From: Candidatus Woesebacteria bacterium
Lineage (GTDB): Bacteria > Patescibacteriota > Microgenomatia > UBA1400 > PJMF01
Reading direction: 5' to 3'
Assembly (NCBI GenBank): GCA_050123235.1
Contig: JASFHL010000003.1
Coordinates: 50,077 to 114,076, forward strand
Length of the DNA stretch: 64,000 nucleotides
How positions within the stretch are numbered: position 1 is the first letter of the stretch; each line of letters starts with the position of its first letter. Shown one piece after another: positions 1 through 10,400 of the stretch. The notes below the pieces were generated by a model. It did no database searches. It was not told the DNA's origin and saw nothing but the letters and a program-made list of their open reading frames with translations. The position numbers and the translations under genes were made by a program.

Positions 1-354
1 ATATTAATGAGAGCTAAATATCCTTTGGTAGTTATATTAAAAAATGATCGGAAGAAATACTATCGTGTCCTTGATCAAGCAGACAAAGGAAACCCAACAC
101 AATTGGTCAAATTTGTCGCTCAAGCTGTTGAAAGATCTCTAGATATTTATCTAAAAACGCTGACCCCTATTAATAAACAAAGAGAAAAATTTCAGCTACT
201 GTCTGAAGTTAGTCAACAAACCCCGTATTCAAGCAAATATTTGAACCTTTTAGCTAGGCAAGGAAAATTGGAAGCTCATAAGCAGGGACGAAATTGGCTG
301 ACAAGCGTCGATGCAGTAAATAGATATATAAATAAAAGAAAAAGACAACGTTAA
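1..354 (+). CDS. Fic/DOC-family protein, C-terminal part (5' end lies outside window)
   Basis: ORF open from position 1; YYRVLDQADKG..TQLVKFVAQAVERSLDIYL matches the conserved segment after the Fic core, followed by a wHTH-like tail. Confidence 0.45.
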   Translation: MLMRAKYPLVVILKNDRKKYYRVLDQADKGNPTQLVKFVAQAVERSLDIYLKTLTPINKQREKFQLLSEVSQQTPYSSKYLNLLARQGKLEAHKQGRNWLTSVDAVNRYINKRKRQR

Positions 355-380
355 AACTATTTCGTGTAAGTAAAAATGAT

Positions 381-394
381 GCTCCCCAGGTGGG
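381..394. repeat. 14-bp direct copy of the tRNA-Asn 3' end (candidate att site)
   Basis: gctccccaggtggg identical to 17964..17977 (T-stem 3' strand + acceptor 3' strand + discriminator of tRNA-Asn); GC-rich 14-mer in AT-rich DNA. Confidence 0.4.
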
Positions 395-513
395 TTGCTA
401 AACGGACTAAAGACTGGATATTTAACTTCTTATTTTACTCTGATAAACAGCGATTTGCTTTAAATCATGCTTAAAGAGTAAAAAAATGTTATGGGTTTTT
501 AGTATAAAATTTA

Positions 514-732
514 TTATTTCATAACAACCCACCAGCTTCCGTCTCCTTCAACACAATCTAATTTTCCATCTTGAATCAATTGAATTAATTCACTATCCAT
601 TGAATTACATTTCTGATGTCCTGATTCCACTTCACCACCTCCATCACGGCATCCTTTACAGCAACCCTGTGTTAAAACATTTCCGATATTTTCTCTTGTT
701 CTGGGTTCTCCATATTTTTTTACTAAATCCAT
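514..732 (-). CDS. Cys-rich hypothetical protein (CCKGC...C..C); possibly the 3' portion of a disrupted gene
   Basis: ORF track; reading frame continues upstream in-frame (..SKDTIEAIQGKSTSATFTEQER) before stops; further fragments in other frames at 733..900. Confidence 0.3.
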   Translation of the reverse strand: MDLVKKYGEPRTRENIGNVLTQGCCKGCRDGGGEVESGHQKCNSMDSELIQLIQDGKLDCVEGDGSWWVVMK

Positions 733-900
733 TCTTTCTTGTTCCGTAAAAGTAGCTGAAGTTGATTTTCCTTGAATAGCTTCTATTGTATCCTTAGATG
801 GTTTCCAACCCTGGGAGGCCCATATACTTCAATTGTTCCAGGTTGAACATCTAGTCCCTCATGTGTATGAATAATAGAAACGTTTGGAGAGACTTTATAA
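733..900 (-). pseudogene. frame-disrupted ORF remnants contiguous with 514..732
   Basis: short ORF MFNLEQLKYMGLPGLETI* and an in-frame extension of 514..732 separated by stops/frame change. Confidence 0.25.
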
Positions 901-910
901 CCTTAGTTTA

Positions 911-1126
911 TTATTCAGCATAACTCTCTAAATATCCACACTTGCTACATCTGTAAGTTTTTACTTCTTTATTATTCTTCAACCCCCACCAACCCCATTT
1001 TAAACCTGTTCCCCATTTTTGTTTATCTACAATTTGCAAGTCTGTCCTTGAATCACCAATAAATCCCAACTCCATTTTACCTTTACATTTTGAACATTTT
1101 ATAGTTTTTCTCATATTAACCCTCAT
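911..1126 (-). CDS. small zinc-ribbon protein (two CxxC pairs)
   Basis: CSKCKG...CSKCGY motifs. Confidence 0.5.
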   Translation of the reverse strand: MRVNMRKTIKCSKCKGKMELGFIGDSRTDLQIVDKQKWGTGLKWGWWGLKNNKEVKTYRCSKCGYLESYAE

Positions 1127-1289
1127 GAATTAATTATAGCATAATAAAGAAGACTGATATAACAGTCTTTTTAAATGAGTGCTCCCCTTATTGGACTCGT
1201 TACGGAACGGATATGAATCAAGATTGTTGACTATTAATAAAGAAGATATAAAAATATTTGCAGAAAAAACAAGGAACTTGTTTATTTAA

Positions 1290-1493
1290 TTACTTAATAA
1301 GTTTAAATCTAGGAATTTTCTTTCCATCCACTTCAACCTTCTCTTCAAACATTTTTTTAGGTCTTACCCAGATCTTATCTTTATCATTCATATCTTGGTA
1401 AACTACCATTTCTTCCAAAGTTTCGCTATGCTTAGCTATACCGATAACCTGATAATATTTACCTTGATAGTGCTTATAAGTGCCTAATTTCAT
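1290..1493 (-). CDS. DUF1653-family protein
   Basis: 67 aa, GTYKHYQGKYYQVIG..VVYQ..WVRP..F pattern typical of DUF1653. Confidence 0.6.
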   Translation of the reverse strand: MKLGTYKHYQGKYYQVIGIAKHSETLEEMVVYQDMNDKDKIWVRPKKMFEEKVEVDGKKIPRFKLIK

Positions 1494-1498
1494 AAATT

Positions 1499-1987
1499 TT
1501 AAGCTATCTTTTTAAAAAAATCTATTCTTCCTTCACCTTTAACATAATAATCAGGAATTTTCGCTACTTGTTCATAGTCATTCTCTAAATAAAACAAACG
1601 TGCAGCTTCATAAGATTCAATATCACATGAAAGAACATGGATATAACGCCCACCTCTTTCTTTTACGAATTTTTCAACCTCTTTTAATAATTTAGAAGCC
1701 AAACCTTTTCTCCTATAATCCTGATGAACAGCTAGATAATCTTCATTCATCTCATAGCCACTACTGCCATATTTATTTTCTCTCACACCCATAGCAGCAA
1801 TCACTCTTCCATCGTCTTCTATATACCAATATCGGTGATTCTCAAACTTTAAACTATCTACAGGAGCTTGTTGTACCATTTTCTTTTCTGCTGGTGCCCA
1901 TGTCTGGTCAAAAGCATTAGAACTTGTTAAAAAATCCCCTATATTTTTTGCCTCTTGCTTAGTTTTGGCAATTTTGATATCTAACAT
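1499..1987 (-). CDS. GNAT family N-acetyltransferase
   Basis: acetyl-CoA binding motif region RRKGLASKLL and GNAT fold length. Confidence 0.7.
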   Translation of the reverse strand: MLDIKIAKTKQEAKNIGDFLTSSNAFDQTWAPAEKKMVQQAPVDSLKFENHRYWYIEDDGRVIAAMGVRENKYGSSGYEMNEDYLAVHQDYRRKGLASKLLKEVEKFVKERGGRYIHVLSCDIESYEAARLFYLENDYEQVAKIPDYYVKGEGRIDFFKKIA

Positions 1988-3297
1988 TATCTTTTTAATT
2001 TGATTTTTATTAATCTTTGGATACTACTGACTACAATACTAGCAATTATAACTGAACCAATAGTAAGATTGAAAATATGAAATGTGCCATTTTCAACCAT
2101 GGCACCAGCTGTAATAGCAAGTAAAGCGTATGGTAGTTTAGAGATTAATGCAACTGTTGATAATGTTGTTGCCCTATATTTAGATGCAATTTCTCTATTT
2201 ACTACAATCGAAACCCAAGGGTATGCTAATTGACCACTTACTGCTATCAGGAATAGAGGAATTACTCCTAAATAACCAAGTTTAAAAAAGGCTAACATGA
2301 AACCAGACCCCATTACTAAACTCAAAAAATATAAGCCTCTTTTATCTGAAATATATTTACGATAACTGGGAATAAACTTAACTAAGATTGCTCCGACAAT
2401 GCCAAATAAAGCAAATAGAATAGCTTGCTCTTTATCAAAAAAACCAAAACTAGTTGCCATAGCAGGTTTAATTAAACCCCAACTATATAGATAATCAGCT
2501 CCAAGTAAAACAAAAATAACAACCACAAATGCTTGTAATTGAGGTTTAAATAATTCAACTGTTCCTCTGTAAAGTTGTTTTACATAACTATTCAAAGAAA
2601 ATTTCTCTGTATCTATTTTTGGTTCTGTCAAAAATAGAGAAATAAAAAAAGCTAAAGCATAAGCAAAAGCCCAAGCGTAATGTGGCAATCTAAAATGAAT
2701 GACATAAAATAGCCCGCCAAGCAATGTAGCTGTAATTGCTGATATAGTAGCAATTGTGCCACTAGTAGAAATAACTTTATCGTAAGACTGTTCTTTATTT
2801 CTATCCACTAAAGTATCATATGCCAAAGCTTCTGCAGAACCAGAATATAAAGCCCAACCCAGTTGAGCAAACATAAATGAAATCCATATTTGAGTTAAAG
2901 AGCTAGCTGAAGCAAAACCAAAAATACTTATAGCAGCCAGCAACATTGAAGCTACAATTGTTCTCTTTTTACCTAATAAATCAGATACTGCACCTGAAGG
3001 GACTTCCATAAGCAAACCAAAAGCAAATGCAGAAGCATCAACCCACCCAAGTTGTCCATAAGTCATAAATCTTGTCCAAAAAAATATCCAGTTACCTGCA
3101 ATAAACCACAGATTGTTAAAAGTTGTTAACAAATAAAAAAGGGCAATATTTTTAATCTTAATTTCTGGAAATAAGACACTTTTAACTGGGGGTGGTGTTT
3201 CAATTTGAACGATTTCAGGCACGAAAATATTATACTTTAAATCCTGATTAAGCGTCTTAGTTAAAATTAATAGGAAATATTCATGGTATATAGTCAA
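1987..3297 (-). CDS. MFS transporter
   Basis: 436 aa, ~12 predicted TM helices, MFS-like loop motifs. Confidence 0.7.
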   Translation of the reverse strand: MTIYHEYFLLILTKTLNQDLKYNIFVPEIVQIETPPPVKSVLFPEIKIKNIALFYLLTTFNNLWFIAGNWIFFWTRFMTYGQLGWVDASAFAFGLLMEVPSGAVSDLLGKKRTIVASMLLAAISIFGFASASSLTQIWISFMFAQLGWALYSGSAEALAYDTLVDRNKEQSYDKVISTSGTIATISAITATLLGGLFYVIHFRLPHYAWAFAYALAFFISLFLTEPKIDTEKFSLNSYVKQLYRGTVELFKPQLQAFVVVIFVLLGADYLYSWGLIKPAMATSFGFFDKEQAILFALFGIVGAILVKFIPSYRKYISDKRGLYFLSLVMGSGFMLAFFKLGYLGVIPLFLIAVSGQLAYPWVSIVVNREIASKYRATTLSTVALISKLPYALLAITAGAMVENGTFHIFNLTIGSVIIASIVVSSIQRLIKIKLKR

Positions 3298-3309
3298 TAA
3301 GATGAATAC

Positions 3310-3552
3310 CTAGTTTTTTCTATTTCTTAAATTCCTTTTAGTTAGATCAATTTGTAATCCTTGTAACCCTTGTTGTATTTGAGCTAATAGAGCCTGTGGA
3401 TTCATTCCAGCCTCCGCGGCAAGTTCCTGAAATATCCTCATAACAACAGTTCTATCTTGAGCTGCTTCTGGAAATTCTCTAAAGAATGTAACAACAACTA
3501 ATTCATCTCCTTGTCTTAATTCTTTCAAATGGGCTAAAGTTATTTCTGACAT
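3310..3552 (-). CDS. hypothetical protein
   Basis: ORF track, no recognisable motif. Confidence 0.4.
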   Translation of the reverse strand: MSEITLAHLKELRQGDELVVVTFFREFPEAAQDRTVVMRIFQELAAEAGMNPQALLAQIQQGLQGLQIDLTKRNLRNRKN

Positions 3553-3572
3553 TTTATTCTTTTTTAACCAAA

Positions 3573-3604
3573 AATCTTAGCTTAGTTTTGCTAGAGCTAA
3601 GATT
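3573..3604 (-). terminator. 10-bp perfect-stem hairpin (aatcttagct/agctaagatt) followed by U-run on minus strand
   Basis: seen in sequence; lies between the R-M operon region and gene 3310..3552. Confidence 0.3.
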
Positions 3605-3668
3605 ACTAATATTCAAGAATATATATTATACTATTTTTTTTCTAAAAAACGTGAAAAGGTAGTTAATT

Positions 3669-3842
3669 ATGAAAACAAACTTTACTTGGCTCCCAGGTTC
3701 CCCATTTGCTCTGTACGATATATTCTCTGGAGAGTCTTTAGCGAGGGTAAAAAATCAAATAGAGGTCTTAAACAAAATTTTAACTTCAAAACCTAAATAT
3801 GCAGTCGTAAAGGTAAGTAATGGAGAGTTTGTTAAGCTTTAA
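3669..3842 (+). CDS. small hypothetical ORF (57 aa, below ORF-track cutoff)
   Basis: ATG 3669, stop 3840..3842, MKTNFTWLPGSPFALYDIF...; located just upstream of the hairpin array. Confidence 0.25.
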   Translation: MKTNFTWLPGSPFALYDIFSGESLARVKNQIEVLNKILTSKPKYAVVKVSNGEFVKL

Positions 3843-3852
3843 AATGTCTATC

Positions 3853-4110
3853 ACCTGTGAGTCAGGCTCACATTAAAACCATATTCGCCTGGAGAATATG
3901 GAGTGTATAGAAAACTGTTCCCCAGGGGAACAGTTTTTCCCATTCCGTAGATGGAAGGGTAGAAATTCAATAACTGTGAGCCTGGCTCATAGTTTTCCCT
4001 AAAAGTGTAAGCCTGGCTTACACTTTATTGGTTGAAGCGAGAGCTGTAAGCCAGGCTTATAGCTATTCGCCAGGCGAACAGCTCCTAAAGGGTCTATGCC
4101 AGGCAAGTAC
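3853..4110. repeat. array of at least seven palindromes/hairpins each centred on a CCWGG pentamer
   Basis: 3856-3872 tgtgag-tcagg-ctcaca; 3888-3908; 3911-3937 aaaactgttcccc-a-ggggaacagtttt (perfect); 3974-3992; 4002-4026 aaagtgtaagcc-t-ggcttacacttt (perfect); 4041-4084 compound (gagctgt..acagctc enclosing two CCAGG hairpins); mismatches are G.T on plus strand. Confidence 0.6.
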
Positions 4111-4114
4111 CCTT

Positions 4115-4894
4115 TTACTTTTCAATCTCTTTTACCGCCTCTCTATAAGCACAATAGTCACAATCCTCACCAGCATCAGGAATAGAATCACTATTTAAAC
4201 ATTTATGAGCACTCTTTATAGCTTGTTCAACCCAGCCATCAATTCCCTCATAAGCGATTAAAGTTATATTAAACTCAAGTTTGGCATCAAAAGCTTCTTT
4301 GTCTGTAATTCCATTACAATAGACAAAATAGCCTGTATCAGAAACTTTGTACTCATTTTGCCTTAGTAGCCACTGATACACCTCCATTTGACGCTTATAG
4401 CCTTCTTGCCAGTCCTTATCTAGCTCTGTTATCTCTTCACCCTTAGAAGTTGACTTGTAGTCAACAACAAGATATTCATCTTTAGAGTTGATCCATAAGT
4501 CATCAATGGCACCAAAGATTAATAAGTTAGTAGGCTTATGTAAATATTGAACCCCTACAAAATTTTGCCTCCAGTCGTCTAGCTTCTCATGGGCCACTGG
4601 CTTAGCATCTACCCCATACTTTTCTATCAATGGATGTTGTGTCCCATTAGCCCTATGAACATCAAATTCAAGCTTCAGAAGCTTATCTACGGCACTATTT
4701 AGAGCAAAAGGGAAACCAGGTGGTCTAGATACGCCTAAGCGTCTATCTAAATAAAAACATCTAGGACATTCTAAAAACAGGTCAATCTTAGATCGGCTCA
4801 ACTTAAAGGGTTGCTTAGAGCCTGGTTGGTAACAATATTTTGCTGATCGTTTAGCATTATAGTATTGAGACATAGTTATTTTTCTCCAGTCCAA
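4115..4894 (-). CDS. PD-(D/E)XK nuclease, Cas4/RecB-nuclease-like with 2+2 Cys (possible Fe-S)
   Basis: IDDLW...EYLVVDYKS (D..ExK), QMEVYQWL (QxxxY), N-terminal CPRC and C-terminal CDYC; 19-nt overlap with hsdR. Confidence 0.6.
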   Translation of the reverse strand: MDWRKITMSQYYNAKRSAKYCYQPGSKQPFKLSRSKIDLFLECPRCFYLDRRLGVSRPPGFPFALNSAVDKLLKLEFDVHRANGTQHPLIEKYGVDAKPVAHEKLDDWRQNFVGVQYLHKPTNLLIFGAIDDLWINSKDEYLVVDYKSTSKGEEITELDKDWQEGYKRQMEVYQWLLRQNEYKVSDTGYFVYCNGITDKEAFDAKLEFNITLIAYEGIDGWVEQAIKSAHKCLNSDSIPDAGEDCDYCAYREAVKEIEK

Positions 4895-7800
4895 TCTTTA
4901 GCTAACAACTCTGCTTGCTCTAAGACAATTTTCGTTGCCCCCTCTTGTTTGTCGGGCGGGTACTTATACTTCTTCAACAGTCTTTTTATATAGACCCTAA
5001 GTTTAGCCTGGACACTTTCTTTAATAGTCCAGTCAATCGTGGTGTTCTTGCGAAGCATGTTTACCAACTCTTTGGCCATGGCTTTGAGTGTTTTATCTCC
5101 CAACTCCCTAACGGCACTTTCGTTATTTGCCAGAGCATCATAAAAAGCCACTTCTTCCTCAGATAACCCAAGGTCTTCTCCTTTGTCTCGCTCTTTTTTA
5201 ATCTTTTTAGCTAGCTCTAAAAGCTCTGCAATAACTTGGGCCGCTTCCAAGGTTCTGTTTTGATATTTTCGGATTGTTTCAGCCAGCATGTCAGCAAAGG
5301 AACGTGACATAACTAGATTCTTTTTAGTCATGGTTCTCAGCTCATCGTTCAAAAGCTTTTTCAACAGTTCCAAAGCCACATTCTTATGCTTCATATTTTT
5401 AACTTCAGCTAAAAACTCTTCTGAAAAAATGGAAATGTCTGGGGCTTTAATTCCAGCGGCAGAATAAATGTCAACTACATGGTCTGAAGCTACCGCAGAA
5501 GATACTATCTGCTTAATTGCCACATCATAGTCATCATCAGTTGGACCGCCACCTATAGGCTCCATCTTTACAATCCCACTCCTCACTATCTGGAAAAAGG
5601 AAACCTCATCTCTAATCTTTATTGCCTCTTCATGCGGAACCGCTAAAGAAAATGCCTTAGAGAGCTCAGAAACGGCTTTTAAGTATCGTTTCTTGCCATC
5701 TTTAAGCCCTAATATATAGTTTGTCGCTCCAGAGATAGTTTGAGTTCTTTCTGCTGGTGTACCTGTCAAATATTTCTTGTAGTCAAAGCCGTGATACATG
5801 CTCTTAACCACTTCGTATTTCTCAAGCATTAAAGAAACTGCTTTATCTTGAGGAATCGCTGTTTCTTGCCTGTCACTTTCAGAGTAATAAGATAGGGCTT
5901 CTTTTAATTGAGGAGCAATGCCAATGTAGTCAACGATTAAGCCACCCTGTTTGTCTTTATAAACCCTGTTCACCCGAGCAATGGCCTGCATCAAACCATG
6001 GCCTTGCATTGGCTTATCTATATACATGGTGTGAAGACAGGGAACATCAAAACCCGTTAACCACATATCTCTCACAATCACCAGCTTCATTTCATCATCT
6101 GGGTTTTTCATTCTCAAGGCCAACTCATCTAAAACGTGTTTTGGCCTGATATGGGGCTGAAAATTCAAGGGGTCAGAAGCAGAACCAGTCATCACTACTT
6201 TAACCACGCCTTTTTTATCATCATCGCTGTGCCAATTGGGTCTGAGTTTGACTATCTCGTTATAAAGGTCAACGGCAATTCTTCTACTCATGGCCACTAT
6301 CATGCCCTTGCCCTCAATAGCGCTTTGTCTATTTTCAAAATGTTCTACCAAGTCACGAGCCACCAGACTAATTCTTTTCTCTGAACCCACCATTGCTTCA
6401 AGCCTGGCCCACTTACTCTTGAGCTTTTCTTTGCGCTCTACTTCTTCACCCTCAGTTAACTCTTCGAACTCAGGGTCAATCTTAGGCTGTTCTTCTTTTT
6501 TCAACTCGATTCTTGCCAGCCTAGCCTCATAGTAGATAGGTACTGTGGCTTTATCCTCAACTGCTCGGGTTACATCATATACATCAACGTATTCACCAAA
6601 AACAGCTCGTGTATTTCTGTCTGTTAACTCAACTGGAGTACCAGTAAAGCCAATAAACGAAGCATTGGGAAGAGCATCTCGCATGTGGCGAGCAAAGCCT
6701 TTGATAAATTCATACTGGCTTCTATGTGCCTCATCAGCAATAACAACAATGTTTTTCCTGTCAGAAAGTTGTGGATACGACTTATGTCCGTTCTGAGGTA
6801 AAAACTTCTGTATGGTCGTAAATACCACACCACCAGAGGCTACTCTTAATAGTTCTTGTAGTTCATCTCTATCATTGGCTTGCTTAGGAGCCTGTCTGAG
6901 TAAATCGGAACATCTAGAAAAGGTTCCGAAAAGCTGATTATCTAAGTCATTCCTGTCAGTCAAAACAACCAAGGTCGGATTATTCAGAGCCTGAATTACC
7001 TTACCAGCATAAAAAGTCATGGTTAAACTCTTACCAGAGCCCTGAGTGTGCCAAACTACACCCGCTCTTCTATTTCCCTTTTCCTTGGTAGCATTAAAGG
7101 TGCTTTCAATGGCTTTATTGGTAGCAAAGTATTGATGATAAGCGGCGGCCTTCTTGACTGTCTTTTCACCATCAGTTTCAAAAACAATAAAGTTGTTGAT
7201 TAAATCCAAGAATCTAGTCTTATCAAAAATACCTTTAAGCAAAACCTCCAGTTGAGGGAACGCATTAGGGGCCAATTCTTCACCGTCAACTGTTCGCCAG
7301 CGAGTAAACCATTCAATACTAGCGCTTATTGTCCCAACTTTTGCTTCCAAACCATCACTAATAATTGAGAGCTCGTTATAAGTAAACAAAGAGGGAATAC
7401 CTTGCTTGTAGGTTTGAATCTGGTTAAAAGCACTCTTTACTGTAGCCTTCTCATCGCCTGGATTTTTCAACTCAATCACCACAACAGGCAAACCATTTAC
7501 AAAGACTACTACATCTGGGCGTCTGTTTACATTATTCTCAATAACCGTATACTGGTTAACTGCCAAAAAGTCATTTTTCTCAATATTTTTAAAGTCAACC
7601 AATTTCACCTTATCACCAGCCACCGAGCCATCCTCTCGCATATATTCAACATCTACACCATCCCTCATGTATGAGTGAAATATCTTGTTGTTAAGCACAA
7701 GACTAGGCGTAGCATTAGTAGCTTGCAAAACCTTTTTAACAGCTTCTTCTTTAGCATCTGCTGGAATGTTGGGATTAAATTGGTCGATAGCAGAACGAAG

Positions 7801-7956
7801 CCTACCTTCTAACACCACTTCAGAATAGTTCTTGCGCTCTGGTCGTTCACCATCTGGAGGCGGAGCAATTTCTGGACCACCAATAACAGTAAATCCTAGC
7901 TCCTCAAGCCATTCTAGTGTTGCTAATTCTAGGTCTGATTCTGTGTATTTAGTCAT
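4876..7956 (-). CDS. hsdR: type I restriction enzyme R subunit
   Basis: 1026 aa; helicase motif [12 protein letters not shown] and DEAH ([10 protein letters not shown]); N-terminal nuclease region. Confidence 0.9.
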   Translation of the reverse strand: MTKYTESDLELATLEWLEELGFTVIGGPEIAPPPDGERPERKNYSEVVLEGRLRSAIDQFNPNIPADAKEEAVKKVLQATNATPSLVLNNKIFHSYMRDGVDVEYMREDGSVAGDKVKLVDFKNIEKNDFLAVNQYTVIENNVNRRPDVVVFVNGLPVVVIELKNPGDEKATVKSAFNQIQTYKQGIPSLFTYNELSIISDGLEAKVGTISASIEWFTRWRTVDGEELAPNAFPQLEVLLKGIFDKTRFLDLINNFIVFETDGEKTVKKAAAYHQYFATNKAIESTFNATKEKGNRRAGVVWHTQGSGKSLTMTFYAGKVIQALNNPTLVVLTDRNDLDNQLFGTFSRCSDLLRQAPKQANDRDELQELLRVASGGVVFTTIQKFLPQNGHKSYPQLSDRKNIVVIADEAHRSQYEFIKGFARHMRDALPNASFIGFTGTPVELTDRNTRAVFGEYVDVYDVTRAVEDKATVPIYYEARLARIELKKEEQPKIDPEFEELTEGEEVERKEKLKSKWARLEAMVGSEKRISLVARDLVEHFENRQSAIEGKGMIVAMSRRIAVDLYNEIVKLRPNWHSDDDKKGVVKVVMTGSASDPLNFQPHIRPKHVLDELALRMKNPDDEMKLVIVRDMWLTGFDVPCLHTMYIDKPMQGHGLMQAIARVNRVYKDKQGGLIVDYIGIAPQLKEALSYYSESDRQETAIPQDKAVSLMLEKYEVVKSMYHGFDYKKYLTGTPAERTQTISGATNYILGLKDGKKRYLKAVSELSKAFSLAVPHEEAIKIRDEVSFFQIVRSGIVKMEPIGGGPTDDDYDVAIKQIVSSAVASDHVVDIYSAAGIKAPDISIFSEEFLAEVKNMKHKNVALELLKKLLNDELRTMTKKNLVMSRSFADMLAETIRKYQNRTLEAAQVIAELLELAKKIKKERDKGEDLGLSEEEVAFYDALANNESAVRELGDKTLKAMAKELVNMLRKNTTIDWTIKESVQAKLRVYIKRLLKKYKYPPDKQEGATKIVLEQAELLAKDWTGEK

Positions 7957-7957
7957 A

Positions 7958-10399
7958 TTAATTTATATTTACCTTATCTGTTATTTTAATAAACGATTGA
8001 ATGTGCTTATCTAGTTCAGATATAGCAGATGGTATTTCCTTATCTGCATGTAGCAAATTTGAGTAATTGCAATATTTATATAAACTAGTTAACTTTTTTA
8101 AGTCGTCATCTGATAGTTTGCTCAGTTTGCTCCTGTTAGTTACCAAGTTATTAGTAACATCCTCAAATTTGTCTTCTTTGTTCCACATCAGCAAGTCATT
8201 CTTAATGAATCTTTCGATTGCGAGGCGTAATAACTGCCCATATTTAAGAGCCAGGGCTTCCATTTTAAGAGTTCCTTTGCTTACTTCATCTGATATTTCT
8301 TTATAACAACCCTTAACTTCACTTAATACATCAAATCCAGGGTCAACAAAGATAAATCCTCCTCCAAATTCTTCTCTGTTTTTTAAGACTCCAAACCTAT
8401 TTGAGTCTGGCGAAATACATTTAGATAGGTATTTATAAAATAGTGGATGGTGAGTAAAAATAAATACCTGACTAAAATCCTTAGTTTGAGAATGAATAAG
8501 CTCAGCTAAAATTTTCAAATTCGGAGCATCTAGACTCGTAATTGGGTCATCAAAAACAAGTATCTTTGCATCCTTTGATTCAAGCTTTTTGTTTAAAGCA
8601 AAAAAGAAAGCTATTGATATTATTTGTCTTTCTCCTTCAGACAACCCTTTTTTAAACTCTCTTTTATTATTACCTTTATCAATAACTTCAAAAGAAAATG
8701 GATATTCTTTAGTGTTTGGAGCTGGTTTAATATGTTTCAGTGAAAACGCCAGTTGAAAATTTTTTAGAATCGAATCCATCTCCTTGATAATAGAAGCTGG
8801 AATTTTTTTGGCTAAGTTGTTATCTAGTTCTTGCTCAAAGACTTTAATTTCTGATTGGAGAGCTTCCTTGTTCGAGTTAACCTTATCAAACTCTTTTATC
8901 TTGTCCGTTTTTTTATCAGAAATAAATGTTATCTTTTGAATAATGTCTGTGTTCTTTGATTCTAGTGATTGTATTTCTCCTGTTATTTTTTCTTCGCTTT
9001 TATATTTATCTTGGAAATTTTTTATTAAAGTATTTTTTAACTTTCTGAGTTCTTCGAGAGAATCAGCAAATAGTTTTAAGTCAGAAGTACCTTTAAGAGT
9101 GTTTAGAATATATCTCTTCTTTTTATCTTTATCTGCAATATCTATATTTTTTAACTCTTGAGCATACTTTTTAGCCTGCTCTGTTTGATCTGCAAAACTA
9201 TTTATCTGAGTGTCCTTTTTATGATATTTTTGTTTCTCTTCAAGAGAATATATGCCTTCAATCTTGAAGTCTTGATATAGTTTTTCTAAATTGGAAAAAA
9301 TTTCGTCTCTCCTTGTAAACAACTGAGCGATTGTGCTTTTTATTTTCTCTAGCTGTTCTACAAACAAGTCAATATCATCTATGTATTTTTTCTTTTGCTC
9401 CTCGTAAGATTTATCAAAAATCTGTTTGTAATAATTTATTACCTTAGTTGCGCCACTCAAGGACTGAGCACAAAGGGGACAGTCTTTTTCTTGAGGATTA
9501 AGTATCCTCTGATAGTTAGAATCTTTTTCTAGAAAACTTTTGTGTTTCTGAAAATGTGTTTCCAGAGCCTTATCAGTTTTAACTTCAGCTTTTTGTTTGA
9601 TGCTTCTATTAAATAACTCCTTAATTCCAGGTTCATCTAATAAATCTAGGTTATAACTTATCTCATCAATCTGTTTAATATTTTTAATGAAATCTATTTT
9701 CTTTAATAAACCTCGTATGGTTGCTAGCTTATTCTCAATTTCTTTTTGTTGTTTTTTTAGACTCTTTATTTCTTTTGCCAGTGAAGCTTGTTTTTTGTTT
9801 TTATAATTTTCGAATAATACTCTCTCTTCCTGAGTAAACGTGCTTTGTAATGCCAGCTTATTTGCTTCTAGAAATAACTTTAGTTCTTCCTTTTTTTCTG
9901 CTATCTGCTTTTTAAGTACATTAGCTTCGCTATCCAAATTGATAACCAAGTTGCCTGCATTTTGAGAATGTTGGCCTTTAAGGTTGCTTCTGGTTCCGTG
10001 TGTATGAATATTTTTGTTTACAAAGTCTATATCAAAAAATAGAATCGGGTTATTTTCCGTGGTTTGCTTATCCCAAGCTTGCTTTTGATAGGTAAAAACA
10101 GTTTGTTTTTTAGTTTTATTTATATGAACTTTCCCGTCTGGAGATTTATTTGACTTTGCCTCAATTTCTTCTGCTTCCAGAACAACCATCTCTGGATGTT
10201 TTTCTTCAATAGTTTCTACCCCAACCAAATCTTTTAATATTTCGCATACAGTTGTTTTTCCTGAACCATTTTCGCCAAAGAATAAGTTGAAGGGGCCAAA
10301 AACACATTCGTCAAGTTTTGCATTTTTACAGAAAGCATCCCATTTAAAATCTGTAAATGATTTATATTTAGTGATTTTATTTATCTTTTTTATCTTCAT
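7958..10399 (-). CDS. rloC: RloC-like anticodon-nuclease-family ATPase (PrrC homologue with Rad50-like coiled-coil/zinc hook)
   Basis: 813 aa; N-terminal Walker [10 protein letters not shown], long coiled-coil with central CPLC zinc-hook-like CxxC, distal [11 protein letters not shown] (Walker B/D-loop), C-terminal extra domain; embedded between hsdR and hsdS. Confidence 0.55.
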   Translation of the reverse strand: MKIKKINKITKYKSFTDFKWDAFCKNAKLDECVFGPFNLFFGENGSGKTTVCEILKDLVGVETIEEKHPEMVVLEAEEIEAKSNKSPDGKVHINKTKKQTVFTYQKQAWDKQTTENNPILFFDIDFVNKNIHTHGTRSNLKGQHSQNAGNLVINLDSEANVLKKQIAEKKEELKLFLEANKLALQSTFTQEERVLFENYKNKKQASLAKEIKSLKKQQKEIENKLATIRGLLKKIDFIKNIKQIDEISYNLDLLDEPGIKELFNRSIKQKAEVKTDKALETHFQKHKSFLEKDSNYQRILNPQEKDCPLCAQSLSGATKVINYYKQIFDKSYEEQKKKYIDDIDLFVEQLEKIKSTIAQLFTRRDEIFSNLEKLYQDFKIEGIYSLEEKQKYHKKDTQINSFADQTEQAKKYAQELKNIDIADKDKKKRYILNTLKGTSDLKLFADSLEELRKLKNTLIKNFQDKYKSEEKITGEIQSLESKNTDIIQKITFISDKKTDKIKEFDKVNSNKEALQSEIKVFEQELDNNLAKKIPASIIKEMDSILKNFQLAFSLKHIKPAPNTKEYPFSFEVIDKGNNKREFKKGLSEGERQIISIAFFFALNKKLESKDAKILVFDDPITSLDAPNLKILAELIHSQTKDFSQVFIFTHHPLFYKYLSKCISPDSNRFGVLKNREEFGGGFIFVDPGFDVLSEVKGCYKEISDEVSKGTLKMEALALKYGQLLRLAIERFIKNDLLMWNKEDKFEDVTNNLVTNRSKLSKLSDDDLKKLTSLYKYCNYSNLLHADKEIPSAISELDKHIQSFIKITDKVNIN

Positions 10400-10400
10400 G

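Noticed and set aside
381-394. Treating the 14-bp repeat as proof of a serine-integrase attL/attR pair
   Set aside because: Serine integrases leave only a 2-bp crossover identity. The repeat is reported as a candidate boundary only, with the mechanism left open.
3853-4110. CRISPR array interpretation of the hairpin cluster
   Set aside because: There is no repeated unit of constant sequence and length alternating with spacers. Only the central CCWGG and the palindromic architecture are conserved.
4945-10399. Short plus-strand ORFs inside hsdR/rloC (4945..5166, 6136..6384, 6290..6532, 6545..6796, 7402..7674, 7832..8014, 8067..8306, 8943..9161) and a minus-strand alternative-frame ORF (6624..6833)
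   Set aside because: All lie antisense or alternate-frame to long, motif-bearing genes. The minus-strand one sits in a different frame inside hsdR. Their Leu/Ser/Phe-rich composition is what AT-rich antisense gives.
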